Shown here: one piece after another, positions 1-13,105 of the stretch
Position numbering within the stretch: position 1 is the stretch's first letter
How the letters are laid out: the number at the start of each line of letters is the position of its first letter
Origin: Psilocybe cubensis
Lineage: Eukaryota
Direction of reading: 5' to 3'
DNA length: 64,000 bases
NCBI GenBank assembly: GCA_017499595.2
Contig: CM039007.1
Coordinates: 744,001 to 808,000, forward strand
Notes under the pieces: generated by a model
What the model was told of the DNA's origin: nothing
What the model saw: only the letters and a program-made list of their open reading frames with translations
Database searches by the model: none
Translations under genes and position numbers: made by a program

Positions 1-458
1 ATGAATATGAGATGCTGGTATGTGTTCATTACAATCCCTTGATAGTATGCTCATAATTTGATATCTTTGTATGAATCCTGGTCCAAACTACATCGATCAA
101 CCCAAAAAGAAGGGAGAAGCTCAACCCAAGAGACCTCGTCCTAAGTCTTGGCCTATTCCAAAGAGAAGGAAGTGGGATGACCATTAATTATTCAGTACAA
201 CTGGATGCGTAGCATACTACATTCCTTGCAGAACATAGCTTAACATACGCTGCTCTTCATGTGAATCTCATACAGAATTTTGCACGCAAATCGCACGCTA
301 CCTCAACAAAGCTGCACGCGTTTACATATCATGCACACGCAACATGTAGCATTTCGCACGCAAAGTCATGTGAAAGACACGCAAATTTACTGATTTGCAT
401 TTATGCGTGGCACGCAAAAATAGGTCGCACGCGGGCTAACCACGCTGATTTCCTGGTG
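1..458. mobile_element. Probable right end of a CAC-terminated (CACTA/CMC-like) DNA transposon, cut off by the window start
   Basis: About 9 copies of a (G)CACGC motif lie between ~280 and 445. The block ends in ...GATTTCCTGGTG (revcomp CACCAGGAAATC) two bases before homology to the membrane-protein gene begins at 461. The other end is not visible. Confidence 0.45.
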
Positions 459-460
459 CC

Positions 461-1003
461 CACGCGGACAGTAGTGATTGCCGCCATTGTTTCTTCAACA
501 ATTGGTGTAATCGTGTCTGCCGCCTACTTGTTACTAGAGACGCCTGTGGTCGATTTCAATTCAATCAAGGAATCACCCGAAGTATGTCCACCTAATTTCA
601 ATATCGATGATTGTCTATTTACTATTGATTGGCGCTTTTCTTGTAGGCTTTCGAACCTCACAGTAGCGTGGAAGCCACCGATACCATGATGATACTGACA
701 TTGCCACTGTGCATGTTCGCTTGGTACAGTCCATATTAATCTAAATCTCTTTGGAAGTATGTCTAATAACTCCAAAGGTCCTCAATTTTCTGGATTCTAG
801 CATTTTTCATGATCTTCTTTACCGATCCGAATCAACTTTACAGTCCCAACCAGACAAAAATTAATGTCTGTGCTGTTCTTCTATGCATATTGGTCATTTT
901 TTATGTTGTACCACTTGTATCTTCTACAATCAGAATCAGGCGCCAGCAAAATAGTCACAGAATGGTGGAAGGCTCTCCAAGGCACCCTAACTATATACCA
1001 TGA
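461..1003 (+). pseudogene. 5'-truncated copy 1 of an uncharacterised multi-pass membrane protein gene
   Basis: Near-identical to 16225-16767 (RTVVI.AIVSSTIGVIVSAAYLLLETP... IFFTDPNQLYSPNQTK...HPNYIP*) with the same introns. The upstream exons are absent and replaced by the repeat-rich block at 1-458. Confidence 0.75.
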
Positions 1004-1436
1004 TAGATAGAATTCTCGGTAGCCGTATTGGCTTTGATACATATCTTCCAAGAATGAGGCAGAGAAAACATATTCTAGTCACAGGCCGTGTATACTAGCA
1101 CATTCCCACTTATTATCTATTGTCTTTCACCTTCATTAGCTCCTGGGTAATGTCAGTAATGTTGCCCCACACGAGGCAGACAAAGTGCATTTTCAATCAA
1201 TGTTTTAATCGACGGCAATCTTTCATTTGATCGTTCACACAGCATTCGGAGATGTCGCACTTAGTTTGGATTTATTTATACCTCTGAGCTACGAGGGTGC
1301 CAATTTTATCGATGTTGATGCTTTCGCTATCGCGTCGCGCCTCCAGACAAGCCACGTGATGGGACTGAAGAACGCCCAGAACAAGTTTCTGTAAGAGCAT
1401 GTGCACGTCTCCTCCGCGTAAATCAGAGTAGGAATC

Positions 1437-1723
1437 CTACGCAACATACGCCAGACTGCTCAGAAGGAAGAAAAAAAGCAGAGAAAAATCAATTCAGCAA
1501 AAACTCACAGAGCAGACACACAGAACCAGAACCAATATCAACCAGCCTCTCTGTGTACAAGAACTGGCGCACGTACCCATACAGCCGCCCATACTCAGAA
1601 TGCCCCCAGCGTCCATCTGCGTCCCGCTCATTCTCCGCAGCCGCTTCGAACATCTCAAACGTCTGCCCACACTCGTCGTGTACTTCCCGCAGCGGTAGCA
1701 GTAGTTCGGCGTAGACCACAGTG
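1437..1723 (-). pseudogene. Decayed 3' fragment of the SIT4/PP6 phosphatase gene
   Basis: TTCCCGCAGCGGTAGCAGTAGTTCGGCG (APNYCYRCG) and [16 protein letters not shown] match 17400-17530. It has a deletion after CG, and the last-exon acceptor CAG has become CTG. The rest of the gene is absent. Confidence 0.8.
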
Positions 1724-2968
1724 TGATATATTGTTCCAGAATTCCTAAAATCCACTATGAGCTATAAAAGGTTGCTGATACATATTGAAGCATCTGATCG
1801 GACTTCACAACAGCATGGGAGGAGCTGGAAGGCGAGTACCCTACGTCCTCCGAGACACCCTATAGGATAAAGTTGAGGAGATCCTGGCATATAGCTGCAT
1901 ATCCGGCGCGGCGTTATACGCCCACTTCGAGGTCCTGCTAGATGAGCGGTAGAGCGTGGTGATGCTCAGAGCATCGGGTGTGAGGAGTTGCATGGGAGAA
2001 ATGGAGGTTATCACCCTGATGGTGTGGGCGCAACTGAGGGGACGCCGACGTACCTTTGAATTGAAGTCGTTGAAGAGCTCCTTCTCTGCATTCTGCTGGG
2101 TGGTGGGATATAAATTGGCAAGGGTGTTGATGTCAAGGGACTCAATTGGGCAACGGCGCTCTTTGACAGAGCTGTTGGTAAATGTGCAAAATCCTAAACG
2201 ACCCAAAAAGCTTTCAAAACAATCCTGCCAGCACTTATGTAAACACCTCGTCACTCAGGATTCCGGCCTCCATACTCTGCCGCACCTTTGTTCTCACTTC
2301 CATTCAATACGCCACCCATAAAGAAAACGTCAAGACATTCGATGCTCTGAGAGCAACATATGCAACTCTGCTTGCCTATAAACTTTGTGGATATTGAATG
2401 ATGTTCTGGAAACTACTTCGGGGGCTCTCGGAATTTCTTCTAATTGGCTGCCATCACTCGCGTTCCACTGCTTTTGCTGGGCGACGCACGACACAACGTA
2501 CAACGCAGCGCGGTCCGCTGTTCGTCGTTCTTCTCCCCAGTGACATAAGTCTCTAACATAAGAGATGTTCTGTCGACCTTTCTTCTTGACCTTCTGAACT
2601 GTAATCTATCTGCTGGCGTTTTATCATGGGAAAATCCATTCGGCCCGACATGCTACACACACATTCTATAACTATGGCTCTCAAGGAGCCTCCTCTACGT
2701 GGACAAGTTGTGATGAGACTAGGCTCTTTTCTTCCGTTTTTCTTGCTAGGGCTCGAGTTGTCGTATGCCAGCGCACCAAGTCGACCCTTCAACCTCGCTC
2801 CAGAGCCCAAGACGGGATATCCAGCTGCAATCCACTCCTCGCACGGCTGTCAAAAACACAAAGTCTGAATGCTGATATGCAAAAAACGTGTCCATCAACC
2901 TCAGTAATTTTGATGAATGGGTATCTTCATACCTCGGAGTGAACAAAGATACAGGCCTACCAAGATTT

Positions 2969-3992
2969 CTAACATGGGATATCATTAGTTTGGCTTGAAG
3001 TGTCTTGCTTCATTCTATTATCATTATGCCGACGTATCATGGTGATTGCCGAAGATACGAGGGGAACAGCATGAAAAATGACCAATAGGCACAAAAGAAC
3101 AGCACAGACAGCTGTTTTCGTCTGGTCAGGAGTGTAGCGGTGATTTGGATCAGTAAAGATCATGATAAAGAGCGCTAGAATCCCAAAAAACATGGACCTA
3201 AGGATTAATCAGAAGAATTTTCAGAAATGTGGATCAAAAGGGACTAAACCATGCAAACATGCATAATGGCAATATCCATATAATGATAGTATTCCTTGAA
3301 TCCATGCTAAGTTGGGGTTCAGTAGCCTGTGAAGTGACGCCAATTGACAGAAATTAGACAATCATCAACATTGATACATTGTGCACGTACCTCGCAAGAT
3401 TGGTCAGTCAATTTGAAGTCAACCAAAGGCATATCTATGCATACGTAGACGGTGGACACGGCTGTACCAATAGTCGAGGAAATGATGGTGGCCATCTCTG
3501 CTGTCCGAGCATATATATTACCACTAACACCAGATATTTGAAACAATGCAAAGGATCCTCTAATGGGTAAACACGGTGTTTTAGCATACTAATAAATACA
3601 TAAACCAGTAGGGACTTACGTGAGGAGACCACCACACCCAGGAAGACAAATATTTTTCCACATTAAGATCATCCATTTCTCCCATTTTTGGCCTCCCTCC
3701 CCACCCTCTTGCTAGACGGATTTATATAAATATGATATCAGTCAAGATCCAATTAATGGTCCTTGATACTAACAGGTCCATCGGCAGAAGATCTGCAAGG
3801 AATAGGCGGTGGACCTCTATTGGCTGAAATAAAACAGCCAGATGCGATTCCCAACAACCCAAAGCAGTGTACTTTGCACACAGTGATGTACATTTTTGCT
3901 CCAATGTGGGAAATAGAAGGGAGTGTCAGTGCACTCATGAAAGTATAACCTTGTGCCCTATCATAGTTCAGATATTTTATGTGCAATGCCAT
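2969..3992 (-). CDS. Uncharacterised multi-pass membrane protein, family copy 2 (spliced; start uncertain)
   Basis: Exons read VCKVHCFG..., WKNICLPGCGGLLT|, MFQISGVSGNIYARTA..., IFTDPNHRYTPDQTKTAVCAVLLCLLVIFHAVPLVSS. Intron positions match copies 3 and 4. Confidence 0.7.
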
Positions 3993-4986
3993 CTATTAGT
4001 GTCTTTGGGCACCTACGTACCTATTGTTGAGTATATCAGGCTCACTACTACGTTCAACGCGAGGAAGGATTGAGCAGTCAAAAGGTGACGTCATGGGCTG
4101 CCGTGTTTTTGATCAATGTGAATAGCGTTTCTTGGTAATCCGGGGGAAATAGGGAAGTAGGGTGCAGTGTTTTGTTCATTTATATAGTACCCCAAGATGT
4201 TGAAGAAGGCGATGTCTAGGCACACAACTAGCGACGTGTGCCCGGTTACTTTTTGTCACACCGAGTATACCCATCATATCATACATGCCGCTCTGCTCAG
4301 CATTGGCACCCCGGTGGCCTGGATTACAGATGGTGATTAAAACACATTTAGGAGGGAATCAGGCCTCAGGGGCTCATCTCACTAACAAATTGATCTATTA
4401 CTCAAATTCTACAAATCTACATCTAACGAAAAGAAGAAGAAGAAAAAACAAGTGAAAAAAGCAAGATTTTACATTTTCCGCTCCTGTTACCAATGGATGA
4501 GAGGGAAAAAAAAAGGTTTGAAAGCTGGAAAATAAAACATTTTAAAAAAAGCCTGCATTCACATTGACATTCGGGGATACGAATCGAAAAGGGAGGGATA
4601 GCGATAGCGATGCGTGTATGGATGACGAAAAAGTCCATGTTTACCGGCAAAAGTGGGGTAGGGAAGGGAATCAGGAGTTAAAGGGTTCTATCGTCTAGAA
4701 GGGAGCTGACAAGAATAGAAACGAACCATATACACCGATCCTTGTCTTGAAACGAAGAGTTAAGATACACAAAAGAAATAGACATACAAACCATATACAC
4801 CAATCCTTGTCTTTCATCTTCCTCACACCTCACACGACATAACCAAAAGAAAAAAAAAGTGAACAACCTCTCTGTGCCAGACGTCACCTGAAGCATGAGC
4901 CCAGAGGCAGGCGCTCCCCTAACAAACCCCATATCTATCATCCACCATCCACCTCTAAAACCCGCCTCCACCGCACACCTCCCAAC

Positions 4987-7900
4987 CTACACACCCACAA
5001 AACTGCCCAACACCCTCCCACTCTCCTCACTCTCCAATCTCCACTTCGCATCCGTCCCCTTTCCACTCGTACTAACCGTCTCCGCGCCCTCAAACTCATT
5101 CAACCGCCTCAACAGCTTCTCATCCGAGCTCACAGCGAGCAGCATATCCACATCCACACCTCCGCCAGCACCATCGCCGCTGCCACTGGACGAGGATCCG
5201 TGCAAGGAGGACGTGGACGGGTCGAATGACGAAGCGTCGACAGTGGGGCTTGTTAGTGTTCCGTCGGAGTTGAACGCGGAGAGGTTGCTTAGTCCGAGGC
5301 TTGTGCTGATGTCCGACGCGGATGGGCTCATAGGGTGCCCGTGCCCATGTCCATGTCCGTGGCTCTGGCTCTGGCTATGATGACGGTGATGATGTCCTCC
5401 ACCCCCATGCCCACCTCTAACCACACCCCCCGGATGCAAAATCGCACCCACCGCCGTCGATCGCGACACATTATTCGGCAACACCAAGAAACTATTTCTG
5501 CCAGGTATAATCCTCAGCCCATAGCGCTCCCCGAGCGAATCAAAGATATGGTTCTGCGCCTCGGCCGCTTGACGTTGTGCCCATTGGCGATCGGGGTTTT
5601 CGCCAGAGGTGGTGGTGGAGGGTCCCGACCAGTAGCGCCAGACCATGGAGGCTTGGCGTTCCTCGATGAACGAGCCCGGTGTACGCTCGGTGAACTGGTG
5701 TAATGAGAGATGAGTTGGTATTTTATGGTGGTTGAGGTGATAAAGGCGACGTACGTAGTTCAAAATTTCCAAACATGAACTCTTCCATGTAAGATTGAAG
5801 TTGGACACCATGTTAATCCACTCCCCACTTCCAAGTCCACCTCCCCTCGTCTTGATGAAACATCCATTCTCCGCACTACACACCATTGAGCCAACCATCA
5901 GTCCTACGCACTTGCAAAGAACCAAAAAAAAATCGAAAGAAAACACTCACACAATCCCAACCCTAGGCACCCTCCTCGCCACAGCCTCAAGCACACCCCT
6001 AACCTTGAGGCCACTCAACAACCACACCTCATTCCTCCTCGTATCCTCCGCCAACCGTCCCAGCACACTCACAGCCCTCTCCACCTCCTCCGGCAACGGC
6101 GCATCCTCCCCTTCATCCGCCAACACCGCCGCACGCGACAAATCCCGCCTCCAAAGCGTACCCTCAAAATCAACAAATATCATCCGCTTGCGCGAGTGTT
6201 TGAATTTACCCACGAGCACGCTTACGCTTGTTTCGTTTGGCCCGAAGGAGGATGGGGAGAGTGGGGGAGAGCCGGGGGAGGGTAAAGGGCGGAGGATGGT
6301 AGGTCCCGAACCGACGTCGTCGAGCAGCGAGGCGGTATGTTCCGTGTTGGCACGGATACACCTGTTAAGGAACGAGTTGACAAAGGTCTGTGCGGTCTGT
6401 GTCGTGACGTGGTTATGCAAATCCTAGAACGTAGATCATGTGTATACGTCAGATTCCCGAGTTCCACCATTATAGACGAGGATAGTGAGAGAGATACTGA
6501 CCTCCCAGCGACTTCTGGCTTCCTCCCTGCCCATACTGAGTGCCTCCCATATCGCCCGGGCAGTCCCGCGCGCGTCCCATGGGTTCACAGCAATACAGCT
6601 GCGGAACCCACTGTAACTGTAACTCCCCGTGAACTCACTGAGGACGAGGACACCATGCCTGCCTCCCTCCACTTCTTTACGCTCCCCAGTCTCCGGATCA
6701 ACAACTTCGACAACCTATACCACAAAAATGACCATCAGCACACGCACCACATACATATACACACCAAAAGAAGAAAAAAACTGGCGAAAAAGGTATTACA
6801 AGAAAACCACATACCTCCCGATCTTTCCCCTCCTGACACTCAACAAACTCATGCGTCCTCAACGCCATCCCCTCTCTCAAACTCGTCACCACAAACGCAT
6901 CCGCAACCTCCAAGAGCGCCAAATACTGACTAAACGTCAAATCCTGCGTATGCAAAAACACAATCGGGGTATACGTCAGCGTCGAGAAGCGCGCGTTGAT
7001 GCGGGAGATGATCTCTGTTATCCCGGACGATGTCGCGGCTTGCTCGTTGGGCGAGGAGGTTTGGAGTGCGATTTGGATGAGCACGACTTTGTTGATGTAT
7101 TGTGGGTATTTTTCGAGGAATGTTTCAAAGGCTACGAGTTTGTGGCGTACGCCCTGTATCAGGTGAGTTGGAGTAGGCAGTACAAGGTAGATGTATGCAT
7201 GATGTTAGATAGATATCACATTCGATCATGCGATCAGGTTGAATAGAGAGGGTAGAAGGGACATGTAAAGAGAAACTTATCAGAAACATTTCGTACAAGA
7301 CAAAAACACTGCAAACGCACCTGAATCTCATCCAGTTTATCTCTCCCCACAACGAGCTTCATGCCCGCATAGCGCTGCTTGAGCACCTGAACCCACTCCG
7401 CAACTTCCGGTTCACGTCTTCATGGTGAGTGTTCATCACGACGCAGAGAACAATTGACGAGACCATAGCAAGAAAAGGAACACGGATAGAGAAAGGTCAG
7501 CGAGCTCATCAACAACCCAACCAACCACACGGAAAAAAATATAAAAAAACCAAAACCAGAAGATCAAAACATCAAACAACCCAACAATCAGGTATACCCC
7601 ACACAAAACATAAAAAAGGGAAAAAACCCAAACCTAAACAACCAACCACATCATCACACCACCCGACCCAAAACAGCAACCCACGAAAAAGGCAAAAAAA
7701 AAAAATCCAAACAACCAAAAACACCCGATATAGCCAAATGAGGCAAACCAAAACAAGAAACCCACAAACAAAACAAGGCAAGATCGACAGCGTGACAATC
7801 TCACACTTTCCCAGATCCACATTCACAAAAACTCCCACGCAAACGCAAACAGCACCGCCATTACCACGCGACGCGGATATAACGATGGGGGGTTCGAGAT

Positions 7901-10245
7901 TAGATCTGCCCCCCCTTAATTAAACCCCCCTTACCCCCCACACCATCCCAAAAATAACCACACCCCGAGAAAATCCATAAACCCACCAAAAATACCTTCA
8001 TCCATCTACCATCCAGATTTGATCCATCAAACCATCCATTCATCCATCATAACTCCGGAAAATCCGCCAAAAAAAAGGATAGCCCAAAATAACAAAGAAA
8101 GCAAAGAAAGAAAGAAAGAAAACAAAAAAACACAAAAAAACCAATTAATCAAATAACTCACCTCCTAATATGCAACTGCCTCACATCAATTCCCATCGGG
8201 AACACACCCACATCGACAAAGCGTCCCCTCTCAACAACTCCATCTCTCACTCTTCCCTCTTTACTCTCGCCCTCGCCCTCACTCCTCTCCCTCCCACCCG
8301 CACCCGACCGTCCTCTCTGCACACTCTCCCCCTTCCTCTCCCCCCTACCCGCACCCGCACCAACACCAACGCCAACATCCAACTCACCCACCGCCATCCC
8401 CTCTCCCTCCGGCACCTGTATCCCCCTCGGCAACGCCTCAAAACTCAATATCCTACTAACAGTCTGCCTCCAATGCCTCGCATAACTCCCCGTCTGGAAC
8501 CCAACCAGATCCGCTCCAAGCATACCCCTCAACAGGTCCTTGCGCACCGAGAGACACCTGAATATCTCCGACGAGGGGAACGCGACGTGCATGAAGAACC
8601 CGATGGGGGTTGAAGGCGGTATACTCGGTGTTCGGCGCTCTCCCTCGTTCCCATTCTCTGATGAGGTACGTGTGATGAGGAACGGGTTAAACGACGACGA
8701 GGAGGGTGGAAGACCGGATATATGGCTCGGTGCGCTTACGGATGAAGAGTGCGGGTTACCTGTAGCAGGTGGCGAGACGGAGGTGGGCATGCCAGGCGAG
8801 AGCGACATGCGCAAGAGGAGCGGGAGCAAGAGGAGGTGGTAGTCGTTCACCCAGATGATATCGCCCTCCTGGTGCGCGTGGATGATGACAGCTGCAAAGC
8901 GTTGGTTGACAGACAGATACTGCGCATACGACGCCGACTCGTAGAACTGCTTCGTCTTGGGCGCATCAGGCACCGCATAGTGTAAGCACGGCCAGAGGAC
9001 CTACAAAAAAAAACCCAATCAATCTCAATCGTATGGTAAAGAAAAACCAAGCAAAACACACCTGATGACAAAATTCATCATAACAACTCTGAAATTCATC
9101 ATCCGGGATCCACACGGGCAAACTCTGCCTCTGCGCCACCATCCGCGCATCAATATCCCTCCTCAGCTCCTCCCCAAACCCATCCGTCGGCGTGCCCAAC
9201 GTGCCCACCCACAACTTCCTCTTCATCCTCTCTCCAACACTCTCCACCGCATTCTTCAACCCGCCATTACAATGCGGGTTCGGCTCCATATGCCATGCCG
9301 GGACACCACTCGCACCACCATACATCATGCTCCCGCCATTACTATCCACAGACGGCGACGTCGGCACAGACCCCGCGCGCGCAGAGGACGTCGCGCGCCG
9401 CGAAGTCGAACGCGACTTGTTCCGCCGCAACCGCGGGACAGAGGACGTGTCCGGGTGCGTCGTCTGGTGCTTCCGCGGGAGCGGGGATGTGATGGACGGT
9501 GTGTGTGCTGTGTCCTTGGCATCGCCGGCGGTGGTAGAGTCGGCTGCGAACCGCGTGAGCTTGGTGAATGGGTTCGTCGTCTCGTTCGTCGGCGAGCGTG
9601 CAGAGGGCGTCGCGAGCCGGCTCTGTTTGTGTTACGTCATACCAATCCCAATCGAATCGTATCAATCGACGATTGCAAGCAATCACCCATCGCAATGAGA
9701 ATGAACGAGAAAAAACAACAAAAGAAACCCGTAAGCACCCGCCTTCTCTGTTACAAACCCCAAAGATACAAAAAAAAAACACCCACCTTATCTTTCAAAT
9801 CATCCACAATACTTTTCAACGGGACATTCAAACTCGACTGCCTCGTATGCGTGTTCCCCGCCGTCTGACTCTGATTCTGGCCTGATGCGCCACCTGCACC
9901 CGCACTTGCACCCGACACCGCCGAGCCGCGGGTGACCAGCGCCGGTTTGAGCGGTTTCTTCGCTGTCGCTGCTCCCGCTCCAGCTGCAGTAGCAGTCGCT
10001 CCAGCAGCACTCGCCGCACCCCCCTCAACAGCACCAGCCCCCGCAGCACCAGCACCAGCACCAGCGACGGCCGCGAGCCGGGACGACACAGCGGGGATCG
10101 TATGCTCCGCATCGACCCTCGCCTGCACCTGCGCGAGCGTCTCGTGCTCGTGGTCAGGCGTCGGCGGGGAGGAGTAGGTGAGCACCGCGGTCGTGGGGAG
10201 GAAGAGCGAGGCGATGACGATGCGGTGGTTTCGGAAGGATGTCAT
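4987..10245 (-). CDS. Trehalose-6-phosphate synthase/phosphatase family protein (GT20 + HAD-like), probably a regulatory Tps3/Tsl1-type subunit
   Basis: Motifs RIVIASLFLP, LWVGTLG, WVNDYHL, IGFFMHVAFPSSEIFRCL, DVGVFPMGID, VVGRDKLDEIQG, VTSLREGMAL, LVLSEFTG, VNPWD, IFVDFEGTLW, FTERTPGSFIE. Multi-exon with GT-AG introns. Confidence 0.9.
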
Positions 10246-12213
10246 TGTTGGGTTTTAGTTTTGATTTTTTGGATTGGATTGGATTGAGATTTTGGTTTGG
10301 ATGGGGATGGGGATGTTGGAAGTGGGTGTTATCGCTCTAAGCGTTTTGATGTTGTTCGATGTATGCACGTATGCGTGCGCGCGTGTGTTGTGAGGAAAGG
10401 ATGGAGGGATGGAGGGAGGAAAGAAGGAAAGAAGGAAGGGGGGGATGAATGAAGAAGATGGCAAGGAAGATATAAACGAAACACGGATTGCACCGATATA
10501 TATCCAGCTGACCGCTGCTGTTGTTGATGACGCTGACCAGTGACCAGTGACGCCGACGATGCCGATGCCGATGCTAACGATGATGCCAACGATGATGATG
10601 ATGTGGCAACAAGATCGAATCTACACCCCCGCTCAAGCTCGTTCAAGAATACCAATAACGATAACAATAGCAGCAACAGCAACCCAACACGGCGCGCCTG
10701 TACAAACGTGTCTGTAGAAGTCGAGGAGAGCTGAAGCAGGCAGAAGCAGAACTCGCTGAAAGCTTGGGATATGCTATGGGGGATGGGGGAGATGATGCGG
10801 GATTCACGATGAAGGACAAGGTTAATATAAGCCAAAACGACGTCACCCCATCGATGACGCCCCGCGCACCAATTGGGTCGTTGCGCCGGGACGTCGGCAC
10901 TCGGGGGCGCCCGGCATCTCAAAATCTCAACAGTCCAAGGCTCGGCCCACCCGTCTGCTCAGATTATCAGATTCAGCACGGCAATACGAATATCATGCGC
11001 ATTCGGGCTCACTCATGCATGCATGTATGATCCATCTCTTGGGGTATTCAGGAGTAGGTAAGAGACTAGAGTACGAGCACCACTGCGCACGTACGCACAA
11101 CCCATCCAATCCAATCCAATCCATCCTAAAAACACCCTATCCCGACCTTTCCCGCACCTAACCCATCCCATCTCCTTCACGATCAATGACACAGAATCAC
11201 CGATCGATGCACCGATCACATTCCGCTTTAAATTTCACCGAAGCTTCACCCCAAGCCAGCTCCGGCAAATCAGTAAACAGTGAATGTAAAGTAAACTCGG
11301 AGATGCAAAGTCAATGGTAAAATTGTAAACTTTGTGAACCAACGGTTTCGCGCACGTTCTTGTCTGATTTTCGAACTTGGTGTATTTTTAGTGCGTTTTT
11401 CAACTTTCTTTTTTTCTCTTTGCGTTGTACCGTGCGCACGGCTGGGCGGGCCCGTACCCGTACCCGTAACCACAACAAACCACCCGGCCGGCCCGTCGGT
11501 ATTGTGTCGTGTTCGCTGGCGCCTGGCCCGTGCGCACAGAAAGTAAGAGCTCGCTGTGGGTAGACCCAGTATACAAGCAAAACCCGTTCGTACTGGACAT
11601 TGAATACCAGATCCCGGTTGAATCGATCGTCAGATTGACTATACGCATATCATAGATTACATCTACGTAACAAGAACGTGTATCTGTATACGAGTTAGCA
11701 CGATGAACGTTCACGCTAGGTTGAGCCGCATGCGCGATGATATGGCCTGTGAGGTGAGCTTTAGGACTGCTCAGTGGATAAATACAGTGCTAACTTTAGT
11801 TTGAGTAACGACGACCGCTGCTGCGTCGACTCCGAATGCCTCATTATTCCGAAACACATACGAGGGCAGGCAAGTACAAGCATCATATCATGAATACTGC
11901 CTGCCATTCGCCTAATATATAATACAGTCTTCCAAACCCCTTGGTACTATAATCGTTAATCGTGTAAACGATTCTTCTTAAGCACAAGAGGCGTTTGCCA
12001 TCGGTCTATACAATATTGAGTTTTGTAAAATACAAAATATAGTTGCGTTCAACCCAGAACTTGCTACATTCTTCGTGGCATCAAGAAATGCAAAAGAGTG
12101 CGTGTTTATATAGCAAGTAGCAAATCGTCAATGTACACAGGCGCCTGTGGAGAGTTCTACTTACCAATGTCAGCTAGATGCACAATCACACGTACACGTC
12201 ATCTGCAACCTCT

Positions 12214-13105
12214 CACGGGAGGCAAAGTCCAGCACGGTCAAAATTCAACCGTGCCCGTCACGGTTGAGATTTTGGGACCACGTAATCAAGCTGATGTCAT
12301 TCCACAAGCACACTTTGCCAACGAAATTGTGTGTATTATATTTTCTAGATGTAGCAACAATGTACACCTTAATGTTATTGATGTAAATTTTAGTATAAAT
12401 ATGCTCTAAGAGTTTGATTTGAGTTTTAAAGCCCACAGTGCCAATGGATTGGTGATAGTGTTCCAATTAGCAGTGGCATATTATTGCTTCTGCATTTAAA
12501 AGTAATTAGGAGTGGATGTATCTCAGTAACCTCAATTCCAACTGTAGTACACCTTGAGAATATTCTAAAGACACTCTATATAATTATTTTACTGGCAAAA
12601 ATACTGCTAGAGCAATTGATCCTCAATTGATTTTATTTTATCATATTCTTCAGTATAATTGTCGGTGCCAATTCAAAGCATAATAAAGTTCAAAATACAT
12701 TTAAACTATGACACAAGCTGCCTAACTAATACCATATAGTTTCACAGGATATGATCAAGCTTTCGGCTCACAGATAGTTGTCGCAGAGCAGTATGTGTAG
12801 TTAAGGTAGTTATTGCTGAATAGGCCTCCAAATTAAGGTATCTACATACTAATAGGAAGCATGAGACAAACTTAAGTATATGTATTAGCTCCCTATTTAT
12901 CTGTTAAGCTTTGGAGTTTTGCATAATATTCACCATGACTCTTTTGAACAACAAAATATGAGGTGAAGTCATGTCGAGAATAACAAGTCTTACGCTGATT
13001 AAATATTTAAATCTCCGACGGAAATCCGGCCCGCCTTTGTTCACTCGAATCTCAACCGCGACGGGCACGGTTGAAATTCTACCGTGCTGGACTTTGCCCC
13101 CCGTG
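12214..13105. mobile_element. Non-autonomous TIR element (892 bp), 58-bp TIRs, CACG...CGTG ends, 3-bp TSD TCT
   Basis: The left TIR CACGGGAGGCAAAGTCCAGCACGGT...CGGTTGAGATT (12214-12271) is an imperfect inverted copy of 13048-13105. TCT flanks both sides (12211-13, 13106-08). The interior is AT-rich and non-coding. Confidence 0.85.

Noticed and set aside
1800-2950. ORFs between the SIT4 relic and membrane gene copy 2
   Set aside because: Possibly a decayed gene or TE, but no motif or consistent frame was recognisable.
7429-7923. K/Q/T-rich 164-aa ORF and hydrophobic antisense ORFs
   Set aside because: They lie inside a low-complexity intron of the TPS-family gene.
11430-11540. GC-rich partial inverted repeat (GTGCGCACGG...CCGTGCGCAC) upstream of the TPS gene
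   Set aside because: Only ~10 bp match and no TSD, so it is more likely promoter sequence or chance.
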